A stretch of DNA of 47,354 nucleotides, from assembly GCF_001194135.2 (NCBI RefSeq), contig NC_068992.1:49761692-49809045 (forward strand), written 5' to 3'. The translations under genes and the position numbers were made by a program. The DNA comes from Octopus bimaculoides (Eukaryota). Numbering within the stretch: position 1 is the stretch's first letter; each line of letters opens with the position of its first letter. This document shows, piece after piece, positions 1 through 12,422 of the stretch. A model generated the notes under the pieces. The model saw only the letters and a program-made list of their open reading frames with translations, did not search any database and was not told the origin of the DNA.

Positions 1-41
<41 letters not shown>

Positions 42-819
42 CATGATCATGTTTGTGTGTATATGTATTTTGTCATACAATGTTTTAAGATTGGGTATTT
101 ACCAAATATCTAACCTATATCATTAAAAGAAGTGATCTACTCAAGATACCTTTCTCAATATATTTTCTGAATCTTGCACCTACAAATTAACATTCTCATT
201 TTTGTCAGTAATGTAACAATGTCTGTAGCTCATTGATTTACAGAATCTAATATAGACATTGCTTGTATATATCAAAACTTAATTTTCTTCACCAAACTAT
301 ACAATTTTATATATTTTTGTTCTGCATCACTCTTTCCTTTTCTCTCCTCTTCTTTCTATTTTCCATTCCTCTTCTCTCTCCCTTCCTTTGTCTTTCTAAT
401 TCCCTTCTCTTTCATCACCTCTCATTATTTTCTCTGTCCATTCTATTCTTTCTGCTCTCATTGTTGTTCTTGTCTTCTTGTCTGTCTTTCTCCAAATTAA
501 GTTATTTTTATCAACACAACTATTCTTTAGTAAAACAGCAGAAACCAATTCTTATCTACAAGGTCAATAATATAGGGGATATATAGTTCTTGGCCTATAT
601 TCTCTCTCTTTCCCTTGTGAACAACAACAACAACAGCAACAGCAACAGCAATAGAAAACTAGTGTTGTACCAAAATCATTGCTAATTCCTCTAACCAAAT
701 ATTTCTGTCCAAATAATTATCTATTCTTTACTGTGTCATGTCAAATATCATGGGATGTTCTATTTATAAAAATAGAAACACAGATGCCCTTGGATGAAAA
801 TGGTGGCATCAGCAGAACA

Positions 820-1400
820 GACCCTTTTACCACCATCACCACCACTACCACTATCAATAATAAGAATGACAATGCAAACACCACCACCAATATTAACACC
901 ACCATCAACAACAATAACAAAGCATCAACATCACCACCAAGCAACAGTGTCATTGACCACAACAACATTTACTATGATGACAAACAACAGCAGAGTATTG
1001 TTGTTGGCACTCCGTCGCTTACCCTTAACGTAGTTCTGCAAGCTCACCGCCTTAGATAAAATTTTAGGAACTGTAGCAACAGTAATGACAGTGGCAACAA
1101 CATCAATAACAACAGGAGTAGAAATAGCATTAGTGTCGACAATAGCCATAGTGTCGACAACAAGAATAACATGAAGATCAACATCAGCTACAATCCTGAC
1201 CACCTCAATAGAAGCAACAGAACAACATCAGGAAGTTCAAAAACAACAGCAACAACAACAAAAGTGGGAAAGACAATGTCGTTATCAATGACATTACCGT
1301 CAACAATAATAATCACAATGACAAAAGCAACATTATCATCAACAATATCAACGTAATCATGAACAATAATAACAACAATAACAGCCACTACAAGCATTGT
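820..1400. repeat. Degenerate (ACA/ACC)n low-complexity tract
   Basis: Trinucleotide-rich sequence that gives poly-T/N/V spurious ORFs in several frames. Confidence 0.85.
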
Positions 1401-1811
1401 TTCTATTTCAGTGATGAAGTGTCAACACTATCTCACTTTGAATAATCACATTTGACAGTTCTGATCCCTTGAGCTTTTCTGAACTCATCTTGTTGGGGAT
1501 CACCAACTTCTATATTTAACTGTCTTTTTTCACACTCTACAAGTGAAATTGGAAGTAATTCTCACTGACGATGACAACAACAACAAGAACAACAACAGCA
1601 GCAACAGCACCATCTTCTGCAGCAATAATGAACGACAAGTAGCTGGAATGATAAGCAAGTAAAGAAGAATCTATATGAACTGCTAGAAATAGCAGCCAAA
1701 ACTACCTCAAACACACTCTACAATCTTGTAAAAATACATACACATGCACACACACATACGCACAAAAGACATGTATGCACACACACACACACACACACGC
1801 TCAAACACATA

Positions 1812-1935
1812 CATAATGGGCTTCTCACAGTTTCCAGCCACCAAATTCATTCACAAAGTGTTCTTCAGCCTGTGACACACTTCCCCAAGTTGTTGCACAG
1901 TGGTGCTGAACTTAAAACTACATGATGGTAAAAGA
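1812..1935 (-). mobile_element. SINE family C, diverged
   Basis: CAGTTTCC...CCAAATTCATTCACAAAG...CACTT.CCCAAG...CTGAAC...AAACTTCTAAACCACA. Confidence 0.5.
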
Positions 1936-3834
1936 AACTTCTAAACCACAGTGCCATATCTACTCCTCTTCGTTAAAACTTACATAGCTCGATCATGTTA
2001 AGCTTAACAATAATGATAATGCTATTCTTCACTCATCAACTCAACCCTCCTCAGATGTGATTGGCCTTTCAATGGCCAATCACATTCAGTCTCTGGACCA
2101 ATGTCAAGGTGGTGTCTCAGGATGGCTGCCACCCAAAGACTGAAACAAATAAAAGAATGAAAGAAAAAAAAAAACTGAGAAAAGTATTTTCTTCAAGCTA
2201 TCTTACATAAATCAGTTAATGTCTGGTTCTAATTAGTTTTGTAGATTAAGTGTCATTAGTTTTGTAATAGCTCTGTATTTTTATTTACTCCATTCTTTTG
2301 TTTGTGTGTGGTAACTACACCCTAATTATTTTGACTTTACACTGGTGCGGTTTGGAATGCAGTGTGTAGTTTTCTGGTTTTCATATCAAGGCTCTTCAGT
2401 TCACTGAACATTCAGTTTATTATCCTGAAGCTGTAGTCTTGACGAGGCTGGCCAGTAGAGTATCTTATGATTAGAACTGAGTTCTGGCTTTCATATTAGT
2501 CTGACTCAGGGCAATAAATTTGGAATAATTGGTAGAGTATCAGAAAAATGCACTGCAGTATTTAATTACAACCATTTACATTCTGATTTCAAATCCTGCT
2601 AATGTCATCTTTATCTTTCATGTCTGTAGGATTTATAAATTATGGTTCCAGTGAAACACTAGGTTGGTTTAATAAGTTCAACATGCATCTATAGATATAA
2701 TGCTTGGACCCATCATTGGTGTGTATCCTGTTGTTACTGGCTGTTTCAGGTCTTACAGCATGCACCCTCATCAAGGCAACCTGATGGCTTAGGTTGATCA
2801 TACCTAAGTTTGAATCCAAGTAGCATTCTACTGACCCAACCAGCTAACACTTTTCAGCCAGAGTTTCCCTCAAAATATGTGGCATTGTACAAATGTTAGA
2901 AAGTAGGGTGCATGGAAGGAAGGGTGGAACAGTGGATTAAAAACCTTAACACATCTAGTTGTTTTTGTTTCTTGTTTGGAATTCAAAAACCATTAGGACT
3001 GATTTCACCTGCTTTCTTTCCATCAGACATTAAAATAAACCATTTACAGCCCTATAAAATTTGTAGCCCTGTGTCATTTTTTGAAACTCTGTAAACCCTC
3101 ATTAGCACTGCCATTAAGCAAAAAGAACTGGCTTATTATCTGGAGATAAGAGGATAGTCATGGACACTTCCGCCCCATTAGGCATCACCGGATTTGCTTC
3201 TGCTAAATGTTTAGAATTAACAACCCATGATTATCATAGAGCCTTCATTTAACTGAAGCCAGTGTTGGGTGGTGAACAAACATAAAACTTATTGTTTTAG
3301 CATCAGTGATATGCTAAGACAGTTTAATTGATGATTCGATCTTCAGCTCAAAACTTTACCTTTTGCTTAGCATAAAAACCAACATAATCAATAAAATACT
3401 TTAAGAGATATATGCTGTTGATGTTTTTAATCATATCAAATTGAAAACAAAGAAAGATCATTACAAAGACTTTTATTATTGATATCAAGAAAGAGATTAG
3501 AAATAGTTAGAATCACCCATGTTTTCTTTGATGAGAGACGTGACATTTCTACAGAATTACTATTTATAGAAAACTTGGAATTTTGTGCTTAATAAGCGAT
3601 TCCGTATGAAGAATTTTAGAGTTCCCACTTTTGCGCTAACATTTTTGCCATGCCAAGCATGAGTGCATATGTACACACACATGGATATACACATTTGTAC
3701 ACATGTGCACACATGCTCACAAACACACTTGCACACACACATAGAGAGAAAGGAAACTAAAAGTCATGTTTTCCATTTGTGAATATTGATTTTATATATG
3801 ACGATATGATGCTATAATAATAATAATAATACTT

Positions 3835-4800
3835 TCTAATATAGGCACAAGGCCTGAAATTTTGAAGGGAGGTTGCTAGTTGATTATATCAATCTCAGTT
3901 CTTGACTGGTACTTATTTTATTGACCCTGAAAGGAGGACAGCAAGATTGACCTTGGTGGGATTTGAACTCAGAACATAAAGCCAGATGAAAGGTTGCTAT
4001 GTATTTTGTCCAGCATGCAAGTGATTCTGCCAGCTCCCAGTTTTGATAATAATAATAATAATAATCCTTTCTACTATAAGTACAAGGCCTGAAATTTGTG
4101 GGGAGGGGGCTAGTTGATAACATTAATCTCAGTGTTCAACTGGTACATATTTTATCGACCCTGAAAGGATAAAAAGCAACCTTGACTGCATTTAAACACA
4201 GAAGGTAAAAAGCAGATGAAATGCCTCTAAACATAATAATAATAATAATCCTTTTTACTATAGGCACAAGGCCTGGAATGTTTGGGGAGGGAATAGTCAA
4301 TTACATCGACCCAAGTACTTGAGGGGTACTTAATTTATTGAACCCGAAAGGATGAAAGGCAAAGTTAACCTTGGTGGAATTTGAACTCAGAATGTAGTGG
4401 CAGACGAAATACCACCAAGTATTTTGCCCAGTGTGCTAACGATTCTTCCAGCTCACCACCTTAGAAATATAATAATAATAATAATTGTTATTGTTCTCAA
4501 TCTAGGCTCAAGGCCAGTAATTACAAGGGTGTTGGGGAGTTGATTGCTTCGTTCCTTAACTGGTATTTTATTTTATTGATCCCAGAGAGTTAAGGACAAA
4601 GCTGACTTCAGCAGGATCCACTGACTTAATAATATAACAATGATGATGATAATAATGTCTTCTAAATTTGCACAAAGGTGCAGATGTTTTAAGTGAAGTG
4701 TGTAATTGGTTACATCAGTTCTTTATTTGATATCAATCTTGGCAAAGGTGAAAGACAAAATTGATGTTGGGATGATGTGATTTCAGGACACAAAGCGATG
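3835..4800 (-). mobile_element. Tandem cluster of about 5 SINE copies (family M, Meta/MESC-core-like) separated by (TAA)n
   Basis: Repeated AGGC(A/T)CAAGGCCTGAAATT...CTGGTACTTATTTTATTGACCC..AAAGGATGAAAGGCAAAGT.GACC...GGAATTTGAACTCAGAA units. The B-box-like GTTCAAATTCC lies on the minus strand. The core name is from recall and was not searched. Confidence 0.7.
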
Positions 4801-6642
4801 AAACTAAATATTGTAAAATGTTTACCAGAAAATAGGTACCACAATGTACAAAACATTGATACAAGGAGCGGCAACACTGCAGAATAATAACTTCTATTAG
4901 ATTGTCGGAAGTATAGTTCTTAATGTGTATAGCTTGGATTGGTATGGATTTTGTGAAACAGGGATAATAACCTAACACAGTTAATATATTATGAAGCCTT
5001 AGTATAAGTCAATATAATATTGAGGGAATTTGGGTAATAATTCTTCTTGAAAAATGCATCAAAAAGGATTTTGTGGTCATGTGAACTAAGTTATCACTCA
5101 ATAAATAGCTTCTGGTATAGATTAAAAAAAATATTTCTTATATTTGATGTCTAAACAATTTTGGTACAACCCTATAGCAATATAAGTATACACGTATGTG
5201 TATGTACATATATGTATGTGTGTATGTGTATGTATCTATAACAAAAGATATATACATCAATACAAATGAATACTTGTAATATACTTCTTCCGTGCGCACA
5301 TTATAAATATCTACAAACTTATACTGCTCTCCACACAGATTTAACAAGCAAACAAACAAATCAACAACAAAGCAAAAAAGAGTTTGAAAAAAAAAAAAAA
5401 GACGAAAATCACAACAGAACAACTTGAAGATCACAAGAGATCTTTTATATAAGAAAATCTATGATTGACTAAAATTTTCTTAGCTTTAAAATTTCTGTTT
5501 ATTTATTTATTTATTTATTGGCAAATATTAAATACAAGATGTAAGATATTCTCTATAATGCAAAAACATGATAAAAAATTTCAGAAAAATTGAAAAAATA
5601 AAAGCAGATTCTGAAAAAAACGGAATTAAACTTGTATAATATTTGAAATTCTAATAACAATCTTTTTTCTACTTCATCTCTGAAATCCCATTTCTTTCAT
5701 GTGACGCTAACATTTCAAAATCTTATTTTCCTTCCTTCCTTCCTTCCTTCCTTCCATTCTCTTCCTCATCTAAATTTTAGTTTTCTACTTTTGATTTTCA
5801 ATTTATTCACTTGTGAATTGAAAACTGTTTACATCAGAGGAATTCTTAATATTCTCTCCTAAAATATATGCTGGCGTCAGGGAGGAGATGTCTTCAAGAA
5901 GCTGTAAGAATTTAAGATTTTCTAGTTTCTATCATTGTGGTTGGTTACAAGGAGAGTTTGTGCTAAAGAGCACATGATAAATTACCAGCAAGTCAAAATG
6001 ACAAACTGGTTTCAATTCCTTGTGGAATCCAGTTCATTTCACTAAAACCATTAATACTCTTTATAAAGTATTGTTTTCCGTGTGATTCCCTGTTTGCTCT
6101 TGTGCTTAGTTCATGAGCTGGCGGAAGCTAATTTATTTCACTTACGCTATTAATATTTTTGCAAAAGCTTGAACATCATATAATCTCTTCCCACTAATAC
6201 ATCAATGACTTGTCTTGTGTATATAAACTTTATCATGAATTTGTCAGAATGTCAGTGAAACCAAAAAGAAAAAAAAAAAAAATGAAAAATGGGGACTGTC
6301 TTATTCCTCATCTGTGTCTATATTTTTAGCCTTCTGTCATGATGTCAAGTCTTGTCTCTTTAGGGCTTTCATTTTATCTTGCATTTTTTTTTTCAAGAGT
6401 GTTAAAGAAAGTACCAGTCATATAACAAAGTTTTTACCTGGACTAAAAAATCCAAACTCCATAAATTCATCCAATGTTAGTATGGAGTTGTTTGACAATG
6501 CAGAGATATGCAGCCTCATAGTTCTTAGATACATCAATAACAAAATTCACCAAAATAGATATAACCTTCTATGGAGAGGGCCGGTTCGATATATCCCAGT
6601 AAGCCAATGGACATACTTTAGATCCATTTAGAAATGACATTA

Positions 6643-6905
6643 GTGCAGGTGACATGTAAAAAAACCCATTTGAGCTTGGCTGTTGCCAGTACCACCTGAC
6701 TGGCCTTTGTGCCGGTGGCACGTAAAAGCACCCACTACACTCTCGGAGTGGTTGGCATTAGGAAGGGCATCCAGCTGTAGAAACTCTGCCAGATCAGATT
6801 GGAGTCTGGTGTAGCCATTTGGTTCACCAGTCCTCAGTCAAATCGTCCAACCCATGCTAGCATGGAAAGCGGATGTTAAACGATGATGATGATGATGATG
6901 ATGAT
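6643..6905 (+). mobile_element. RTE-type 3'-tail repeat (family A)
   Basis: AGGAAGGGCATCCAGCTGTAGAAA...CCAACCCATGCTAGCATGGAAAGCGGA, ending in a (GAT)n tail. Many copies occur in the window. Confidence 0.75.
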
Positions 6906-6907
6906 TA

Positions 6908-7097
6908 GTGGTTTCAAATTTTGTCACAAGGACAGCAATTTTGGGGGAGGATTAAGTCAATTACATCAACTCCAGTGCTCAACTGGTACTTATGTTATCG
7001 ATCCTGAAAGGAAAAGTTGATGTCGGTGAATTTGAATTCAGAAAGAAAGGCCACTAAACATCATACCTGGCATGCTAATGATTCTGCCAGTTCACTG
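6908..7097 (-). mobile_element. SINE family M
   Basis: Same motifs as the 3835-4800 cluster. Confidence 0.65.
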
Positions 7098-7289
7098 CAT
7101 TTTGAAAAGACATTATTAACAGCTTCAATAGTTGAGGTCTAGAAATAACTATCACCACTATTCTAAATATTACAAATTTCTAAAATGTTACTCCAAGAAA
7201 AATCCGAACAATATAGCAAATTTGATAAAAAGTCTCAAAACTTAATATAGATAATAGAAGCACATATACATACATATATACGTACACAC

Positions 7290-7320
<31 letters not shown>

Positions 7321-7441
7321 ATTAACATAATATGGTAAAAATTCGATATTAATTAATATCAATTTAATACCAGGAAACTAGCACATTAAAAGAATCAGAA
7401 GGTTCTTGAAAAAATTTTTCGAGATCCTAAAAAGATTATAG

Positions 7442-7496
7442 TACTTGTGTATATAAGATTGACCAGTGACCGGTCTGGTCAATCTTATATACACAA

Positions 7497-7499
<3 letters not shown>
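7442..7499. repeat. Perfect 25-bp inverted repeat with an 8-nt spacer
   Basis: TACTTGTGTATATAAGATTGACCAG-tgaccggt-CTGGTCAATCTTATATACACAAGTA. Confidence 0.95.
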
Positions 7500-7531
<32 letters not shown>

Positions 7532-7540
7532 CCTGTGCCA

Positions 7541-7968
7541 GTGGAGCACTAACAGCACTGTCTGAGTGTGATCATTGCCAGAGTAGCTGACTGGCTTCTG
7601 TGCCAGTGACACGTAAATAGCACCATTTGAGCGTGATCGTTACCAGCGTCGCCTTTCTGGCACATAAGAAAATCACTCGAGCGAGGTCGTTTCCAGTGCC
7701 ACTGGACTGGCTCCTGTGCAGGTGGCACGTAAAAAACACCATTTGAGCATGGCTGTTGCCAGTACCGCATGACTGGCCCTTGTGCCGGTGGCACGTAAAA
7801 GCATTCACTACACTCTCAGAGTGGTTGGTGTTAGAAAGGGCATCCAGCTGTAGAAACTCTGCCAGATCAGATTAGAGCCTGGTGCAGCCATCCGGTTCAC
7901 CAGTCCTCAGTCAAACCGTCCAACCCATGCTAGCATGGAAAGCAGACGTTAAACCATGATGATGATGA
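7541..7968 (+). mobile_element. Family A repeat, long copy with internal ~60-bp subrepeats
   Basis: Same 3' end and (GAT)n tail. Repeated GCCAGT...GGCAC(G/A)TAAAA units. Shares its 5' boundary GTGGAGCACTAACAGCACTGTC with 14723-15162. Confidence 0.78.
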
Positions 7969-8311
7969 ATTATCTCATATTTTTTGAGATATAAAAAAAA
8001 GTTACATTGCTCAACATGTTCTTGAATGAATCTAAGAAAGGAAAAATAATATAATAATAAAATACAAAAATGAATACTTAGTGAAATAAATCTTCAACAT
8101 TTTATAAGATTAAAAGAGAGAAACAGTGAAATAACTTTAAAAACATTTAATAAAGTTTTAAATATTGAACAGAAAAATGAGGAGTTAAAAAATTGTGAAA
8201 TGTGAAAGTGCTTTGTTTTGTCTCTGTCTGGTTTTCTCTGCTTTTGTGTAAAATAAATTTGAATGTGTGTATGTATGTATGTATGTATATACATATATGT
8301 GTGTGTGTGTG

Positions 8312-8427
8312 TGTTGAAGAGCGTAGCTCGAAATGTTAAAGACTTTCTCTATTCCCAAGCGTTAAACTAATACATCCTTTTGTTGTTTACACCACCTGTC
8401 CTCGTCTGTTGTTTTTTTGTAAATTCT

Positions 8428-8430
<3 letters not shown>
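8312..8430 (+). mobile_element. Penelope-like terminal-repeat fragment with a decayed hammerhead motif
   Basis: About 120 bp closely similar to the reverse complement of 14421-14546, flanked by (GT)n and (TA)n. Contains TGTTGAAGAGCGTAGCTCGAAATGTTAAAG. Confidence 0.55.
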
Positions 8431-8465
<35 letters not shown>

Positions 8466-9559
8466 TTGAAGGTAGGGACAACTGGAGAGTAGATAAAACA
8501 GGGGACAACTGATGAAGGGAATGTTCTTTATGTTGCCTGTCTTGTTTCTAATTTTGTTTCTTTCGTTGTTCAAATAAAAGTTCATTTTCTATGTTTGTTT
8601 ATGTTCTCGTTTCTGTTTTTGTTCACGTTATTTTTATGTCCTGTACCCATATCTGCATGTATATATACATATATATGTAGGTATGTACATATATGTATGT
8701 ATATATGCATATACTTACATATTATTTATATTATATATACATTTATATGGATACACTAGTAGTGAAGCTGTAAAGAAACTAACCATAATCAGTTTCCTTT
8801 GTTTTTTTTTAATTATAAAAACTATTTAAAAAATTGAAAAAAAAATTATTTTGCAATTTCTAAATCTCTGATATTTAAAATGTAAACAACTAAAGACTGT
8901 TTACAATACAAAATATAATAAAAATAAAAATAAAAAGGTAGAATGAGCTTTTAAAAAATCCATACTTAAACGACTGTTCCAATTTGTTAAGGATAAGAAT
9001 TTAATTACAAAATGCAAACAAAATATATTTATACTTTACAAAAGCTGAGGAAATTTATTTACGTACAAAATTTACTACGGCTGTAAATAGTTGATGCACA
9101 ATACATGCCTAAGTTTCAAAACATTTAAAAAAGCAATTTTTTTAAGAAGTTAAATTTATAAGTCAAGACTTTTTTTTTCTTTTAGATATATGTATAATGA
9201 AATTTATAGAGGGTTGCTAAAATATTCTCACTGAAACATCATCATCATCTATAATCTTTTAGTGTCTGTTCTCCATGCTAACGTGGGTTGGGTGTTTTGA
9301 TCAGAGCTGGCAGGCTGAGGAGCAGCACCAGGTTCCAGTCTGATTTGGCTTGGTTTCTACGGCTGGATGCTGTTTCTTTACAATGTGTGCTTGGAACTAT
9401 AAGAATTCTTCACAGCGTTCTTGAAGCACGACCAGTAAACAAGTGTCACCTTAGTCTGCTGGCTGTGATAGCTGACGCTTTTCATCATACCCAGCAAAAT
9501 AGGCTGAGAGTTTTCATATAATAATAATAATCATCATCATCATATTAATGATTGTTTCA

Positions 9560-9890
9560 AATTTTGGTACCAGGTCAGCAGTTCTTGAGGTGAGTGGAAG
9601 TTAATTACATAAACTTCAGTACCTGACTGGTTCTTATTTTCTGAAAAGGATGAAAAGCAATGTTAACTTTGGTGGAATTTAAACTCAGTGGTTTCAAATT
9701 CCAACACAAGGGGAGCAATTTTTGAGGGTGGAGAAGTTTAGACAATCCTTTCAATTCCATTGACTGATAATTTATTTTATCACACCTGAAAGGACAAAAG
9801 GCGGTGGGATTTGAACTCAGAATGTCAAGAGCCAAAACAAATACCACTACCAGTACTTTTCCTGGTGCTCTAATGATTTTGTTAATTCAC
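9560..9890 (-). mobile_element. Two tandem SINE family M copies
   Basis: GAAAGGATGAAAAGCAATGTTAAC...GGAATTTAAACTCAG and GAAAGGACAAAAGG...GGATTTGAACTCAGAATG. Confidence 0.6.
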
Positions 9891-10363
9891 CAACTTTAAT
9901 CTGATACTAAAAAATTACAACAACAGCAATATTCTGGTATTTACAAACAAAAATTAACTTGCTATAATTATTATCATGTGATTGATTCTTTATATTGAGA
10001 AAGTTGAAAATTGATATTTTTATGCAAAATAAAATTTCAGTTTGAATCTTTGGCTTCTCTTAAAATTAATCAATACATCAATAATACATCACTGCTAACA
10101 TGGCTACTCATAAAGTTTTGGAAAACAGCCTGAGCACGTTCTAGATTGTTATGAAAACTATTTGAAAATCTTCCAATCTGCATTCTAGTTGAACAATGCA
10201 AAATTTTATACGAAATAAAAATCTCTATTTAACAATAGCCAACATAAACGTTGTTTGGTTGGTTTCTCCAGTTACATTTTACATCGTATATTGAGTGGGA
10301 GAGAGAGATTAAGACAGAGATAACGAGACAGTTAACCTAAACGGTACATACCATGCAGGGGTA

Positions 10364-10404
<41 letters not shown>

Positions 10405-10734
10405 TAGAGGGAGAAACAAGGGGAGGAAGTAGAAGAATAGGTGAGCAACGAGAGAAAGAGAGGAAGAGAAGAATATAGTAGTAACAGAAGGAAGAATGAG
10501 AGGGGTAAAGAGAGATACGTAGTAGTAACAGGAAGAACGAGAGGGGAAAGAGAGAGATCACATGCTTCCGGTCACTAATCCTTTTCTTCCTTGGCTATCG
10601 CCGAGCAAACACGCGAACTTACTTCGTCCCCACTTTCAAGTTCGTGCCTCACAGCGTTCATATACACATACTTTTTCACGTCTGGCCGCATAGCCTTTTC
10701 CGTTTGTTTTCCTGTCTTGTTTTTTGTCCGCCAC

Positions 10735-11443
10735 NNNNNNNNNNNNNNNNNNNNNNNNNNNNNNNNNNNNNNNNNNNNNNNNNNNNNNNNNNNNNNNNNN
10801 NNNNNNNNNNNNNNNNNNNNNNNNNNNNNNNNNNNNNNNNNNNNNNNNNNNNNNNNNNNNNNNNNNNNNNNNNNNNNNNNNNNNNNNNNNNNNNNNNNNN
10901 NNNNNNNNNNNNNNNNNNNNNNNNNNNNNNNNNNNNNNNNNNNNNNNNNNNNNNNNNNNNNNNNNNNNNNNNNNNNNNNNNNNNNNNNNNNNNNNNNNNN
11001 NNNNNNNNNNNNNNNNNNNNNNNNNNNNNNNNNNNNNNNNNNNNNNNNNNNNNNNNNNNNNNNNNNNNNNNNNNNNNNNNNNNNNNNNNNNNNNNNNNNN
11101 NNNNNNNNNNNNNNNNNNNNNNNNNNNNNNNNNNNNNNNNNNNNNNNNNNNNNNNNNNNNNNNNNNNNNNNNNNNNNNNNNNNNNNNNNNNNNNNNNNNN
11201 NNNNNNNNNNNNNNNNNNNNNNNNNNNNNNNNNNNNNNNNNNNNNNNNNNNNNNNNNNNNNNNNNNNNNNNNNNNNNNNNNNNNNNNNNNNNNNNNNNNN
11301 NNNNNNNNNNNNNNNNNNNNNNNNNNNNNNNNNNNNNNNNNNNNNNNNNNNNNNNNNNNNNNNNNNNNNNNNNNNNNNNNNNNNNNNNNNNNNNNNNNNN
11401 NNNNNNNNNNNNNNNNNNNNNNNNNNNNNNNNNNNNNNNNNNN
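10735..11443. other. Assembly gap (709 N)
   Basis: N run just upstream of the nAChR exon. It could hide exon 1 or promoter sequence. Confidence 1.
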
Positions 11444-11496
<53 letters not shown>

Positions 11497-11658
11497 ATGT
11501 ATGTATGTGTATATATATATATATGTATATATGTCCATTTGATTTCCTCTCCTTTGTACAGCTCCCCATCCCGTACACACATCTCATACACTTACACATG
11601 TTTGAACTGCTTTGTTTGCTGATTCAGTATGTCTATAAAAGATCCATTCTCATTTCAG

Positions 11659-11810
11659 GTCGTTCCCGGATTAATCAGTACCATGGAGTGGAGCGACGGT
11701 TATTCGCACAACTATTTGACAATTATAACTCACTTTCCCGTCCTGTCCGAAATGCAAGTTCAACTGTTAGTGTAGATTTCGGACTTTCTCTCAATCAGAT
11801 TTTAGACTTG
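11659..11810 (+). CDS. Nicotinic acetylcholine receptor-like (Cys-loop ligand-gated ion channel) subunit, N-terminal extracellular exon (equivalent to exon 2)
   Basis: Translates (G)RSRINQYHGVERRLFAQLFDNYNSLSRPVRNASSTVSVDFGLSLNQILDL, matching the nAChR pattern E-RL---L---YN---RPV-N-S--V-V-FGL-L-QI-D. Acceptor tccattctcatttcag| (phase 1) and donor |gtaagt at 11811 (phase 0). N-glycosylation sequon NAS follows RPV. Confidence 0.93.
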
Positions 11811-12262
11811 GTAAGTGTTGTGTAGCATTTCTATTTGTGCTGTTTCTTTGATTCTGAACATAATATGTTGTATGAAACCATCTTGTTTTAGAAGACACTG
11901 AAAAAAGGATCTTTCTCACGCTATGTTTAACACACTGACACACACAAATAAATACACACATGCACTCACAAACCAGACTACACACACACACAAACTTTCT
12001 TTTCTCTCCTAAATGAAGAATGTTCCAAATATTTTGATCCCAGTATATGAGGGGGTGCTGAAATGTTCCTAGCCTTAAAGTTATTGCGAAAGGCCTGTTT
12101 GGAAGCCCAACCTCCCAAATTATTTTACAGGGTTTAGAATAATTGAAGGACTGCTGCATTTTCTTTTACCCAAAGCCAGGAACTTTTCAGCATTCCCTTG
12201 TACTTAATGACATGATAGCAAGAAAAAAAACAAACATTTATTTTATATCTTGCAAAATGCTT

Positions 12263-12422
12263 TTATTTTTTAACAAAGTCATCAATAACTTCAATACATT
12301 TCTTTTCACATCACTTGTGTAGCTTCTCAACACCATTGAAGTAGAACAATTCATCCAACTGAGTCAACTACTATTCTATAGGCAACTTCAGTTCTTCATT
12401 GTGGACTTGTCTGACCTCCAAT
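12263..12422 (-). mobile_element. Mariner (DD34D-type) transposase C-terminal relic
   Basis: Minus strand reads LEVRQVHNEELKLPIE**LTQLDELFYFNGVEKLHK*CEKKCIEVIDDFVKK*, matching the mariner C-terminus F--NEEVK--V-EWL--Q---FY--GI-KL--RW-KCI---GDYVEK*. Confidence 0.6.

Noticed and set aside
263-1397. Several ORFs rich in F/L/S, T/N or V
   Set aside because: Translations of CT-rich and (ACA)n low-complexity DNA, open in many frames, with no domain.
2425-2470. TTGACGAGGCTGGCCAGTAGAGTATC as a second hammerhead
   Set aside because: GAAA is replaced by AGAG and there is no stem I. At most a heavily decayed relic.
7345-7360. 16-bp perfect palindrome GATATTAATTAATATC
   Set aside because: Almost all A/T and expected by chance at this base composition.
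8505-8545. CTGATGAAGGGAATGTTC as a hammerhead core
   Set aside because: No downstream GAAA or NUH in register.
10575-11657. 272-393-aa ORFs
   Set aside because: Artefacts of the N gap and (TA)n. Only the last part of the 10644 frame is real (the nAChR exon).
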